Shown piece by piece: positions 9,557 through 18,251 of a stretch of 64,000 nucleotides of DNA. A program made the translations under genes and the position numbers. Origin of the DNA: Geopsychrobacteraceae bacterium (GTDB lineage Bacteria > Desulfobacterota > Desulfuromonadia > Desulfuromonadales > Geopsychrobacteraceae). The notes beneath the pieces are model-generated. The model searched no databases. It saw only the letters and a list, made by a program, of their open reading frames with translations, and had not been told where the DNA came from. The stretch is taken from the NCBI GenBank assembly GCA_963676795.2, contig CAXXTB010000002.1:1056001-1120000 (forward strand). Direction: 5' to 3'. How positions within the stretch are numbered: position 1 is the first letter of the stretch; every line of letters begins with the position of its first letter.

Positions 9557-10045
9557 ATGAATATTTACGATTTTGCAATGAAGATGGAACTGGATGGAAA
9601 GATTTTTTATGAAAATCTGGCCAGGAACTCAACTCATGAAGGGGTTCGCAGGATTTTTCTGGAACTCGCAGCCGACGAACAGAAACATTACGAGTTGTTT
9701 TATCGTATGAAAGAGAACAGTGGTGCGGGGAGGATGACTCAAAGCTCTGTGCTCGATCTGGCGAAAAATCTTTACTGCCAGATGGTTGCAGATCCTTCTG
9801 CGACACAGCTGCCGAAGAGTGATCTTGACGCCTATCGGCAGGCGATGAAGGCGGAACGGGAGAGTGCCTCCCTGTATCGTGACGCTGCCAGTAAAGAAAC
9901 GGATCCTGAAGTTCGTGAACTGCTCGTGAAAATCGCGGATGAAGAGGAGAAACATTTCAATATCATTGAAAATATCTATCTCTTTGTCAACGCACCGAAC
10001 GAATCGATGGTCTGGTCCGAATCGAATCCGCTTGATGAATATTGA
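9557..10045 (+). CDS. Ferritin-like / rubrerythrin-family protein
   Basis: Paired E..G..FY...EQKH and E.ES..LY...EEKH diiron motifs; GAGGTG RBS. Confidence 0.85.
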   Translation: MNIYDFAMKMELDGKIFYENLARNSTHEGVRRIFLELAADEQKHYELFYRMKENSGAGRMTQSSVLDLAKNLYCQMVADPSATQLPKSDLDAYRQAMKAERESASLYRDAASKETDPEVRELLVKIADEEEKHFNIIENIYLFVNAPNESMVWSESNPLDEY

Positions 10046-10112
10046 GATCAAAAAAAATATAGAAGGACAGGATCTGAAATTTGATCTGATGATCTGATAT
10101 GACTCTGTAATT

Positions 10113-10149
10113 AAGGACGCCTGAGGAACCCCTCAGGCGTCCTTCTTTT
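10113..10149. terminator. Intrinsic terminator between convergent genes
   Basis: AAGGACGCCTGAGG-aacc-CCTCAGGCGTCCTT perfect 14-bp stem followed by CTTTT. Confidence 0.85.
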
Positions 10150-10162
10150 ACCAGAGGATTGC

Positions 10163-11698
10163 TCAAGATGTCTGAAGTTTGTGGAAACAGTCCAACCAGC
10201 ACGCCCCTTTGTCTTCCTGATAATAATCAGCACTCTCCGCCTTAAAGCCAACCACCAGGGAGGCAATTTCCGTTTCAACCATACGGACAGCGCTGTTTAT
10301 CAGCTCCCTGCTGTAGTTTGCTGCTCCCAACTTCTCCAGCAGGTTCAAGGCTGAGACGCGACTTGTCAGCAGGCCCAGATCGTTCAGTTTGCGTTGCGAC
10401 AGATTGTCATGAACTGAGATATCGAGCAGCTTTTTCAGTCGATCCGCTGCCAGACTGGTCAGGTCCAGCAGGCTATAGGCTTTCAGCAGGTTGCTCTCTT
10501 TGAGCTTCTGCATCCTTTTCTGAATGGCTTCACCGATCTGAATATAGAGAATGTCGTTGGAACCTTCAAAGATCTGAAACGGTCGGCTGTCAACGATTGC
10601 CCGACCGGAAATGTGGTTTAAGCGGTATCCTTTGGCACCGACCAGCTGGAGCAGCGACTGTGCTGCATTTTGCATCAGGTCGGTGACGTAGGTCTTGACA
10701 CAGTTGGCTTCCAGTCCTTCCGTGGACAGGTCAATGTTGATGTCCGCCTTGAGAGAGCTGTTCAGGCACATGGCTGAGGCGATGGTTGTCGCGCCCTGGA
10801 TCTGGCTGATCCGCTGTTGAACCTGATCATAACTGAACAGGCTGCGTCCGCCAACATTGCGTTGTTGGCAGTGACTGACCGCTTCATCCAGCATCCTTTC
10901 GAGAAATCCCAGCCCCATGCCGGGAAACTGCATGCGGCTGCGATGCAGCAGGTCGAGCATCATTTTGATCCCGGTTGTCTTAGGCACAAGTTTCTGCTGT
11001 TTGGGGATCTTGACGTCGATTTTGTTGCGCCCGTAAGGGAGCAGATAGATACCTAGATTTTCATAGTATTCCTCGACGACGATGTTCTGCCCAGGTTGGC
11101 TGACATCGCAGATGAAAAAGTCGATGTCGCGACCAAGTCCTCCATCGGCAGTTTGACGGCGGGCCGTCAGCAGCCAGTAGTCGGCCCAACCGGTCAGACC
11201 GGCCCAGTGCTTTGTGCCCTGAAGGTGATAGTCGTTTTCAGATTCGGTGTAAAATGTTTTCATGTGCAGGGCGTCACTGCCATAATCGGGTTCGGTGATC
11301 ATCAGGCCACCCATTTTCCGCTGGGTCAGAAAGTTGGTCAGAATATTCTGGCGGGTTTCTTCCGGGGCATACTTACCAACAGGTTGCAGAAACAGGGCCC
11401 AATTGATCCCAAATCCGAGGCTTAAGGGGAGCGACTCGTAACTGGTGGCAGAGAGCAGGGCGAGTCCCTCGTTTATCTTGCCGCCACGGCCGCCATACTG
11501 GTCGGAAACAAAGGTCGAAAGAGGATTATCGGCCATGATCTCGCGGAGGAAGAACGGGGGCATGCCGCGTTTGGTGCTGAGTTCGTCGATGTTGCTGCGG
11601 ATGTGAAAAAGGTGATGTAGTTTTTCTCTGAAGCCCTGGAGAAAAGTTGAAAATGGCTGCTGGCTCAAGTGGTCAGCAGTGCTGCCAGTCTGGTTCAT
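10163..11698 (-). CDS. Acyl-CoA dehydrogenase family protein
   Basis: GLMITEPDYGSDA, GTKHWAGLTG, LQLVGAKGY, RPFQIFEGSNDI; AAGGAG RBS. Confidence 0.88.
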   Translation of the reverse strand: MNQTGSTADHLSQQPFSTFLQGFREKLHHLFHIRSNIDELSTKRGMPPFFLREIMADNPLSTFVSDQYGGRGGKINEGLALLSATSYESLPLSLGFGINWALFLQPVGKYAPEETRQNILTNFLTQRKMGGLMITEPDYGSDALHMKTFYTESENDYHLQGTKHWAGLTGWADYWLLTARRQTADGGLGRDIDFFICDVSQPGQNIVVEEYYENLGIYLLPYGRNKIDVKIPKQQKLVPKTTGIKMMLDLLHRSRMQFPGMGLGFLERMLDEAVSHCQQRNVGGRSLFSYDQVQQRISQIQGATTIASAMCLNSSLKADINIDLSTEGLEANCVKTYVTDLMQNAAQSLLQLVGAKGYRLNHISGRAIVDSRPFQIFEGSNDILYIQIGEAIQKRMQKLKESNLLKAYSLLDLTSLAADRLKKLLDISVHDNLSQRKLNDLGLLTSRVSALNLLEKLGAANYSRELINSAVRMVETEIASLVVGFKAESADYYQEDKGACWLDCFHKLQTS

Positions 11699-11758
11699 TT
11701 AAGTATGCTCCTTTGCCTGCGTTGTGCTTTCTTGAGTAGGTAGATAAAGAAGCATAAC

Positions 11759-11788
11759 AAAAAGCCCCGGTTCAAGTGAACCGGGGCT
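11759..11788 (-). terminator. Intrinsic terminator (minus strand) upstream of the acyl-CoA dehydrogenase
   Basis: AGCCCCGGTTCA / TGAACCGGGGCT perfect inverted repeat with a T-run on the minus strand. Confidence 0.85.
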
Positions 11789-11839
11789 CTTCATTTTTCT
11801 GAATGAGTTAGTGAAAGTTAAGACTTGTTAGACTTCCAG

Positions 11840-11881
11840 TTAACTAATTGTTACAAGCTGTGGCGGCTCTGAAACTGTCAT
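11840..11881 (-). CDS. Candidate 13-aa small ORF / leader peptide MTVSEPPQLVTIS
   Basis: AAGGAGG 5 nt before the ATG; TTGCTT-N18-TAGTAT promoter-like sequence upstream and a terminator downstream. Confidence 0.4.
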   Translation of the reverse strand: MTVSEPPQLVTIS

Positions 11882-11962
11882 GGTTTCCTCCTTGCTTGTT
11901 GTCGATGTAAATTCATACTATCACCCGGGTTGCCCCGAAAGCAAGAGAGCCGCAGCAGTTTT

Positions 11963-13435
11963 TTAGACAATGGCTTTCATGCCGTGCATTTCGCCACGCA
12001 GGTACTCGCCGACTTCTTCGACCAGGGTCGAACGGATCTCGCGGTTGACTTCAACCAGGGTCTGATTGTCGACGCCGTTGTCCTTGACATCAAGGCCTTT
12101 ACCGATAACGTCGAGGTCAACTGCGGCCATGAAGTCCTTGAGCAGCGGCACACATGCATGGGAGAACAGGTAGCAGCCGTACTCAGCGGTATCGGAGATG
12201 ATCCGGTTCATCTCGTAGAGTTTCTTACGGGCGATGGTGTTGGCAATCAGCGGAGTTTCGTGGAGAGATTCGTAGTAAGCGGACTCAGGCTCGATCCCGG
12301 CAGCAACCATGGTATCGAAGGCAAGCTCAACGCCGGCCTTGACCATAGCGACCATGAGAATCCCTTTGTCGAAATATTCCTGCTCGCTGATCTCGCCTTT
12401 GGCTTCGGTCTTTTCAAAGGCGGTCTGGCCGGTCTGCTCACGCCAGCCGAGCAATTTGACGTCGTCGTTGGCCCAGTCTTCCATCATGACGCGGGAGAAC
12501 TCGCCGGAGAGGATGTCGTCCATGTGCTTCTGGAAGAGTGGCTCCATCAGCTCCTTCAGCTCTTCGGACAGCTCGAATGCGAGGATTTTAGCCGGGTTGG
12601 AAAGACGGTCCATCATGTTGGTGATACCACCGTGCTTGAGAGCTTCGGTGATGGTCTCCCAGCCTTTTTGTAGCAGCTGTACAGCCCAGGCGGCGTCAAC
12701 GCCGTTTTCGACCATCTTGTCGAAGCAGAGCAGGGAACCGGCCTGGAGCATACCGCAGAGGATGGTCTGCTCGCCCATCAGGTCAGATTTGACTTCGGCA
12801 ACGAAGGAGGATTCAAGAACGCCGGCACGGTCACCACCCTGTGCGGAACAGAGGGCTTTCGCGATTTCCAGGCCATCGCCGTTCGGATCATTTTCGGTGT
12901 GAACAGCGATCAGGGTCGGAACACCGAAACCGCGCTTGTATTCTTCACGAACCTCGGAACCCGGGCACTTCGGAGCAACCATGACAACGGTCAGGTCTTC
13001 ACGGATCTGGGTGCCTTCCTCAACGATGTTGAAGCCGTGTGCGTAGGTGAAGACAGCGCTCTGCTTCATCAGCGGAATCACGGTTTTTACAACGTCGGTG
13101 TGCTGCTTGTCGGGAGCGAGGTTCATAACGATGTCAGCAGTTGGCAGCATCTCTTCGTAGGTGCCGACCTTGAAGCCGTTGTCGGTCGCGTTGATGTAGG
13201 ACTGACGCTTCTGCTCGATCGCTTCCTTACGCAGGGTATAGGAGACGTCAAGACCGCTGTCGCGCATGTTCAGCCCCTGGTTCAGACCCTGGGCGCCACA
13301 ACCGACGATAACGATTTTTTTACCTTTGACGTATTCGCAGCCGTTGGAAAATTCGGCAGCATCCATGAAACGGCAGGTTGCCAGTTCCTGCAGTTTGCGG
13401 GAAAAAGGCAGTGAGTTGAAATAATTTTCAGCCAT
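11963..13435 (-). CDS. ilvC: Ketol-acid reductoisomerase, long (class II) form
   Basis: 490 aa; [57 protein letters not shown], duplicated C-terminal domain (YYESLHE...ISDTAEYG). Confidence 0.96.
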   Translation of the reverse strand: MAENYFNSLPFSRKLQELATCRFMDAAEFSNGCEYVKGKKIVIVGCGAQGLNQGLNMRDSGLDVSYTLRKEAIEQKRQSYINATDNGFKVGTYEEMLPTADIVMNLAPDKQHTDVVKTVIPLMKQSAVFTYAHGFNIVEEGTQIREDLTVVMVAPKCPGSEVREEYKRGFGVPTLIAVHTENDPNGDGLEIAKALCSAQGGDRAGVLESSFVAEVKSDLMGEQTILCGMLQAGSLLCFDKMVENGVDAAWAVQLLQKGWETITEALKHGGITNMMDRLSNPAKILAFELSEELKELMEPLFQKHMDDILSGEFSRVMMEDWANDDVKLLGWREQTGQTAFEKTEAKGEISEQEYFDKGILMVAMVKAGVELAFDTMVAAGIEPESAYYESLHETPLIANTIARKKLYEMNRIISDTAEYGCYLFSHACVPLLKDFMAAVDLDVIGKGLDVKDNGVDNQTLVEVNREIRSTLVEEVGEYLRGEMHGMKAIV

Positions 13436-13507
13436 GATGATCTCCTTTGATTGTATGTGAGAGGGATTGGTTGATTATTTTTGAGCGTCGCCAATTTACC
13501 CTTAAGT

Positions 13508-13562
13508 TGTCATTGCGTAAATTGATTTATTTTGTATAGTGTATTGCGTAAATAGAAACAGT
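13508..13562. promoter_or_regulatory. Tandem IlvY-type operators in the ilvC/ilvY divergent promoter
   Basis: ATTGCGTAAAT direct repeat at 13512-13522 and 13543-13553 (31-bp period), LysR T-N11-A-like. Confidence 0.7.
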
Positions 13563-13569
13563 GGGTGCC

Positions 13570-14451
13570 ATGGATATTCAGCAACTCAAAATCTTCATAA
13601 CTCTGGCCGAACAGTTACATTTCGGCAGGGCAAGTCACTTAAGTCATTTGAGCCCGTCGGCGTTGACCCGCACTGTTCAGCGCCTGGAGGAGGAGCTTGG
13701 GAAACCGCTGTTTTTGCGGGACAAGCGCAGTGTGCAGCTGACGGCTGCCGGAGAGCAGTTTCTTACCTATGCCAGACAAGCTGTCAGCGATTACCGTGAT
13801 ATACAGTTGTCTTTGAGCGGTCAGCAACAGGTCGGTGGCGTGCTGTCGCTCTATGCATCCATCACAGCAGTATATAGTATCCTGCCCGATTTGCTTGAAG
13901 CCTGTCGTAACAGCTATCCGGAGATACAGTTGGAGTTGCGCACTGGTGCGGCTGAAACGGCGGTCGCACAGGTTGAAAAAGGGGAGATCGATATCGCTGT
14001 AGCTGCAGTTCCAGAACGGCGCAGCTCGGCGCTTGAATTTCTGCCGATCATGCGTACGCCATTGGTTTTTATCGCCGGTCGTAATCTGGCCGAACAGCTC
14101 AATCAGAATTCAGAACTTGACCTGGCCCGCTTGCCTCTGGTTGTCCCGCAGTCAGGGTTGTCACGACGCAGACTTGAAAAATGGTTGAAGAAGAATCATG
14201 TGGTTCCCCAGATCAGTTGTGAAGTGTCCGGAAATGAGGCGATTATTCCGATGGTTCATCTTGGCGGTGGCGTGGGGATCGTGCCGCAACTGGTGCTTGA
14301 ACGTAACCCGTTTCGGGAGCAGGTTGTCGTGTTGGAAAAGGCTCCGGAACTGGAGCCTTATGTCGTTGGTCTCTGCTGCAGCCATAAGAATCTGCAGAAA
14401 AGCTGTGCCCGGGCCTTTTGGGCTCTTGCCGAATCGCGTCTGAATCTTTAA
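13570..14451 (+). CDS. ilvY: LysR-family regulator IlvY
   Basis: LHFGRAS...SPSALTRTVQRLEEELG..LF.RDKRSV HTH; SGNEAIIPMVHLGGGVG; divergent from long-form ilvC. Confidence 0.9.
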   Translation: MDIQQLKIFITLAEQLHFGRASHLSHLSPSALTRTVQRLEEELGKPLFLRDKRSVQLTAAGEQFLTYARQAVSDYRDIQLSLSGQQQVGGVLSLYASITAVYSILPDLLEACRNSYPEIQLELRTGAAETAVAQVEKGEIDIAVAAVPERRSSALEFLPIMRTPLVFIAGRNLAEQLNQNSELDLARLPLVVPQSGLSRRRLEKWLKKNHVVPQISCEVSGNEAIIPMVHLGGGVGIVPQLVLERNPFREQVVVLEKAPELEPYVVGLCCSHKNLQKSCARAFWALAESRLNL

Positions 14452-14681
14452 TACTCGTTTTTCAGGGCGGTAATATCGTCAAGTACTTCATCTTCAACCG
14501 GAAAAAAACCGGTCTCATTTTTTGAGTGGATCAGTTTGTTGTCGACAAATACCTCGAATACACCCCCTCTGGATGGAATCAGCTCAGCTACGATGTCGAA
14601 TTCATTTTTGATTTTAGCCGCCAGACTGACAGCTCTGGGTTTGTAGCTTCAGCGATTGCAGTATTCGATGATTATTTTCAT
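14448..14681 (-). CDS. SelW/SelT/SelH (Rdx) family selenoprotein, 77 aa, Sec at codon 11
   Basis: MKIIIEYCNR-U-SYKPRAVSLA...ELIPSRGGVFEVFVDNKLIHSKNETGFFP; in-frame TGA at 14649-14651 in a CxxU motif; AAGGAG RBS; absent from the ORF track. Confidence 0.9.
14616..14634 (-). promoter_or_regulatory. Candidate bacterial SECIS hairpin
   Basis: AGCUGUC-[AGUCU]-GGCGGCU stem-loop; 21 nt between the UGA and the loop, with G in loop position 2. Confidence 0.6.
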
Positions 14682-14696
14682 GACCAATCTCCTTGC

Positions 14697-15365
14697 CTAG
14701 AACAGATTTCCCGTCTCACCCAGCGGACTTTTATGTGAGTTTTCTGCTTCCTGCCTGAGGAATTGAGCCGCCTGTTCCTTTGGGGTTTTTAAGAATTTTT
14801 TTATCAGGTCAAAAGAGACCGATTCATAGCCGAACTCTTTTTTTATATCTTCAAGCATAGCGACCCAGAGTGCAGCTGTCATCTCCGCATCGGCCGAAGC
14901 ACGATGAAATTGACCATTGACGGGGATACTTTTGTAACGGATGAGGGTTTCCAGTTTGTAGTTGATGACATCCGGATAGATCCGTTTGGCCACCTGCAGC
15001 GTACAACCGAAATTCAGTGGCCTTGGGCGACCAAGCAGGTTAATTTCAGATTCAAGAAACTTCTGATCGAAGGAGGCATTGTGAGCGATCAGCGGGTCGC
15101 TGCTGACGAAGCTCAGAAACTCCCCAAAGACCTTTTCCGCGGCCGGGGCATTGACCAGCATCTGGTTGTTGATACCGGTGATGTTTTCAATCTCCCTGGT
15201 GATGAGAAATCCGGGGTTGATAAGCGCTTCAAAGCGGTCAACGACCTGCTGCCCTGAAAGCTTGACGGCACCGATTTCAATAACCCTGTCTCCTTTGTCG
15301 GGGTACATACCGGTTGTTTCGAAATCGACGACGATGATGGTTTCATGGTGGCTGAATAGATTCAA
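14697..15365 (-). CDS. DEDDh 3'-5' exonuclease (DnaQ / Pol III epsilon-like)
   Basis: VVDFETTG, IEIGAV, IAHNASFD, HRASADA; TTG start. Confidence 0.9.
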   Translation of the reverse strand: MNLFSHHETIIVVDFETTGMYPDKGDRVIEIGAVKLSGQQVVDRFEALINPGFLITREIENITGINNQMLVNAPAAEKVFGEFLSFVSSDPLIAHNASFDQKFLESEINLLGRPRPLNFGCTLQVAKRIYPDVINYKLETLIRYKSIPVNGQFHRASADAEMTAALWVAMLEDIKKEFGYESVSFDLIKKFLKTPKEQAAQFLRQEAENSHKSPLGETGNLF

Positions 15366-15398
15366 GATACAATCCTTTTGCAGAGGTGATATACATGG

Positions 15399-15432
15399 AT
15401 TGTCGCCAGGATGATATTCAAAGTCAATATCA
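15399..15432 (-). promoter_or_regulatory. Putative sigma70 promoter with an overlapping palindromic operator
   Basis: Minus strand TTGACT-N17-GACAAT; TGATATT-N7-AATATCA palindrome (15412-15432) covers the -35. Confidence 0.45.
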
Positions 15433-15699
15433 GTCTATGTGGTACCTCTTAATAAAATCCATCGTTCAGGGAGAAACTTCGAATATATCGGCTTCTGGTT
15501 GCTGGTCTGTGAGAAGTGTAGTCCGGGCTGAAGATTGGAATATGTCCGGGCAGGGCATGCACGGGTTTTGTGAGCTGTTATGACTAATTCGCCCTCCCCG
15601 GAATTTTGAAAGCGGGGAGGGCGGCTGTAAGTCGGCTGCCCCAAATCATTCTTTGCTAGAAGGGGCCTAGGTTATTACGATTCCAAGCGTGAGGTTTGC

Positions 15700-16536
15700 T
15701 TACTTCATGCGCTTGCGACCATAGAATGCCAAACCTGCCAAGCCGGCACCCAGAAGCAGGATCGTGCTCGGTTCTGGTACTGGTTCAACGCCACCGTTGC
15801 CGCCGGTGCCACCACTACCGGCGGTACAGATGATCTGCTCAAGGTAGGTGGCAACATCGGTCCCGTCTCCTTGTTGTAGATATGCACCACCTGTATCGCC
15901 AAAGAGATAGCCACCACCGGAGCCGCCGGTCGCCATTGTTTCGAAAATCTCAGGCACCAAAGGATATGGGTCATCGGTTACCCACGAAAACAGGAAGATG
16001 TCGTTGTTGATAACAGTCTGGTTTGCCAGGTATGCGGCATCCCAGTCGTCCTGGTAAACATAAGCGCCGTTTTCAGTGCCCTCGTCACCGATTGTGACAA
16101 TGGCTTTGTAGTAATCCTGATCCGCAGTGCTGTCATCGTTCCAGTTGTACCACAGCGCCAGGTCGGTAACAGCTGGTCCATTGTCCTCAGAAGAATTTGA
16201 TACAGGTGTGCCGCCTGCACCATAAACCATTGAGGTAACGGTTTCATTGAATATTCCATAGTTATAGGTGATACTCATGAAGTTTGCTCTGACATAGACA
16301 TCACAGTCTGGACATTCGAGATTCTGTATGGTCGTTTCAGCAACTGCACCAATCGCATCAATGTCATCATACATACTGCCGCTGGTATCGATGACGAAAA
16401 CAATGTCAAGAATGTCATCTGCCGAGGCTTGGTCCACGGCGTCTCCGCCGGTTATGAATGTGGCGCTGGCATTTGTTAAGAAAATCGACATCACAAGGAG
16501 TGGTAAGGATAAGAGACACAACAATTTTGTTTTCAT
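15700..16536 (-). CDS. PEP-CTERM sorting-domain protein with a vWA domain
   Basis: Signal peptide, MIDAS DIVFVIDTSGSM, acidic body, Gly linker, VPEPSTILLLGAGLAGLAFYGRKRMK; GGAGG RBS before ATG 16536. Confidence 0.92.
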   Translation of the reverse strand: MKTKLLCLLSLPLLVMSIFLTNASATFITGGDAVDQASADDILDIVFVIDTSGSMYDDIDAIGAVAETTIQNLECPDCDVYVRANFMSITYNYGIFNETVTSMVYGAGGTPVSNSSEDNGPAVTDLALWYNWNDDSTADQDYYKAIVTIGDEGTENGAYVYQDDWDAAYLANQTVINNDIFLFSWVTDDPYPLVPEIFETMATGGSGGGYLFGDTGGAYLQQGDGTDVATYLEQIICTAGSGGTGGNGGVEPVPEPSTILLLGAGLAGLAFYGRKRMK

Positions 16537-16631
16537 TTGGTTACCTCCCTGCTTGATGGTAGTGTGATCAGGCTTGATTTTTATGAACCTCCTTTTCTGT
16601 TGACAGCTGATCATGTTTTTAAGACATAAGA

Positions 16632-16647
16632 AGCATCAAATGTGCCA
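16632..16647 (-). promoter_or_regulatory. Sigma54 (-24/-12) promoter of the PEP-CTERM gene
   Basis: Minus strand TGGCACATTTGATGCT with GG-N10-GC spacing. Confidence 0.75.
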
Positions 16648-16707
16648 TTCTTGTTATCTCAATGGTAACGGAATGTTGTGTCACGTTATGCTTTTGTGTC
16701 TGTTAAG

Positions 16708-16723
16708 TGTAAGATTTATCGAC
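16708..16723 (-). promoter_or_regulatory. Candidate PEP-CTERM box (enhancer-binding site)
   Basis: Minus strand GTCGATAAATCTTACA (TTTACA-like hexamer) 60 bp upstream of the sigma54 site. Confidence 0.55.
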
Positions 16724-16774
16724 GTTATTTTTTGAGGTCTAGACAACTGTTTTATTAATTTTTCTGTGATGTGA

Positions 16775-17782
16775 ATGATGAAAAACAAGCCGGGGCGGGC
16801 ACCAAAAAAATACAGTCAGGCTGCAAGGTTGCACGATCTGATCCGAATTCTTGAATCGCGTTACGGTGCGACGGTCGATGAACTGGTTGAGGAGTGTCAA
16901 GTCACTCGACGGACAATCTATCGCGATCTTCAGGCGGTTGCTGAGGCGGGCTATCCGCTGATCAATGAGCGTCAGGATGACGGTACCGTTCTCTACAGTT
17001 TTATTTCGGGTTTCAGCAGGATACCGCCGATTACCTTTTCACTGGAAGAGCTGATGACGCTCTACTTCAGCCGAGGACAGCTGGCTTTTCTACATGGAAC
17101 CCCCTTTCAGGATGATCTTGACGCCATCTTCGCCAAGATCCGCTCGAGCCTGCCTCCGCGTAGCGTCGCTCATCTGGAGCGGATCGTCGAGGCATCCTCG
17201 CCGCGTTTTCATGGCTTCAAGGATTATGCGCATCAGCATCAACTGTTGAAAGATCTGCGTCAGGCCCTGCTCAAACAGCAGCGTTGCCGGATTGGCTACC
17301 GGCCGGCAAAGCGCAGCCCGGAAAACTACCTTGTCGATCCCTATACGCTTCTGTTCTACAAGAACGGTCTCTATATCGGTGGTTATGCGCACAACCGGAA
17401 CGATTTGCGGCTTTTCGCCATTGAGCGGATTGAGGCTCTTGAGGTTTTCGATGAACGCTTCGACCTGCCGGAAGACTATCGGGTTGGGCAATTGACCGGC
17501 ACCGCCTTTGGTTTGATCGATGAAAAAGAAACCATCGACCTTGAGCTACATTTCGGTGCTGAAATTGCCTATCTGATCGAAGAGCGTATCTGGCATCCGG
17601 CTCAAAAGCTGGTCAAAAATGCCGATGGTTCGGTTGTCTTGAGCTTCACAGCCAGTGGAGAGACCGAAATACTCTCCTGGATCTCGTCCTTCGTCCCCCA
17701 CGTCAGGATTCTTGGGCCGGAAAGCCTGAAAATCAAGTTTACAGAACAGTTGAAGGCCGCTCTCGATTTTCATAATAGTTAA
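16775..17782 (+). CDS. HTH-WYL-WCX transcriptional regulator (YafY/PafBC/DriD-like)
   Basis: N-terminal wHTH (VTRRTIYRDL), WYL core (VDPYTL...LYIGGY...LRLFAIERI), WCX C-terminus (ILSWISSF..VRILGPESL). Confidence 0.92.
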   Translation: MMKNKPGRAPKKYSQAARLHDLIRILESRYGATVDELVEECQVTRRTIYRDLQAVAEAGYPLINERQDDGTVLYSFISGFSRIPPITFSLEELMTLYFSRGQLAFLHGTPFQDDLDAIFAKIRSSLPPRSVAHLERIVEASSPRFHGFKDYAHQHQLLKDLRQALLKQQRCRIGYRPAKRSPENYLVDPYTLLFYKNGLYIGGYAHNRNDLRLFAIERIEALEVFDERFDLPEDYRVGQLTGTAFGLIDEKETIDLELHFGAEIAYLIEERIWHPAQKLVKNADGSVVLSFTASGETEILSWISSFVPHVRILGPESLKIKFTEQLKAALDFHNS

Positions 17783-17816
17783 TGTGACATATTCTGTCTC
17801 TCTTGCCTGCCATCTT
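17783..17816 (+). promoter_or_regulatory. Candidate WYL-regulator binding site and promoter
   Basis: TGTGACA-TATTC-TGTCTC inverted repeat; TGTCTC-N10-CATCTT geometry. Confidence 0.5.
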
Positions 17817-17846
17817 GGATGAAACAGATGCGCCAAGGAGGCCGTT

Positions 17847-18218
17847 ATGATCTGGATATCTGCAAATACTGAAGCTGCGAACTCGACCTACTATTTTGAA
17901 CTGAGGGATTTTGAATTGATCAGAAACGGTCAGTCCGTTAAAGCAAGGATAGACGGTCTGATCGGAAACGGCTACGCTGAATTTCCCTGTGAAGTTGAAC
18001 TGGGTCAGTCTGAAGAGGTCAGAATCTTCCCTCTCTGGTCTGAAGGCAGGGTAGAGGCTGTCCCGGAAGAACTCGATTCTGATTCTTTTACAGCGCAATT
18101 GCTCGACTCTGTACGGCAGTTCATGCCTGTCAGTTATAAATCAGAACTGCGTCGTCCTGCCTGTCAGCGCAGTGGTCTGGTGGACAGCTGGACTTTGGAT
18201 CGTATGCTGGTCGCTTAA
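17847..18218 (+). CDS. Hypothetical protein, 123 aa
   Basis: AAGGAGG RBS; acidic, no recognised motif; ends in LVA. Confidence 0.75.
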   Translation: MIWISANTEAANSTYYFELRDFELIRNGQSVKARIDGLIGNGYAEFPCEVELGQSEEVRIFPLWSEGRVEAVPEELDSDSFTAQLLDSVRQFMPVSYKSELRRPACQRSGLVDSWTLDRMLVA

Positions 18219-18251
18219 AAACAACTGGTGGCGTAACAAAAGGACTCTCTC

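Noticed and set aside
10071..10107. GATCTGA repeated three times after the ferritin-like gene
   Set aside because: Short, irregularly spaced and located between convergent genes; no supportable function
15590..15623. GC-rich hairpin CGCCCTCCCCG/CGGGGAGGGCG
   Set aside because: Probably the PEP-CTERM gene's terminator or a stabiliser, but it has no U-tract and no second copy in the window to call it a REP element
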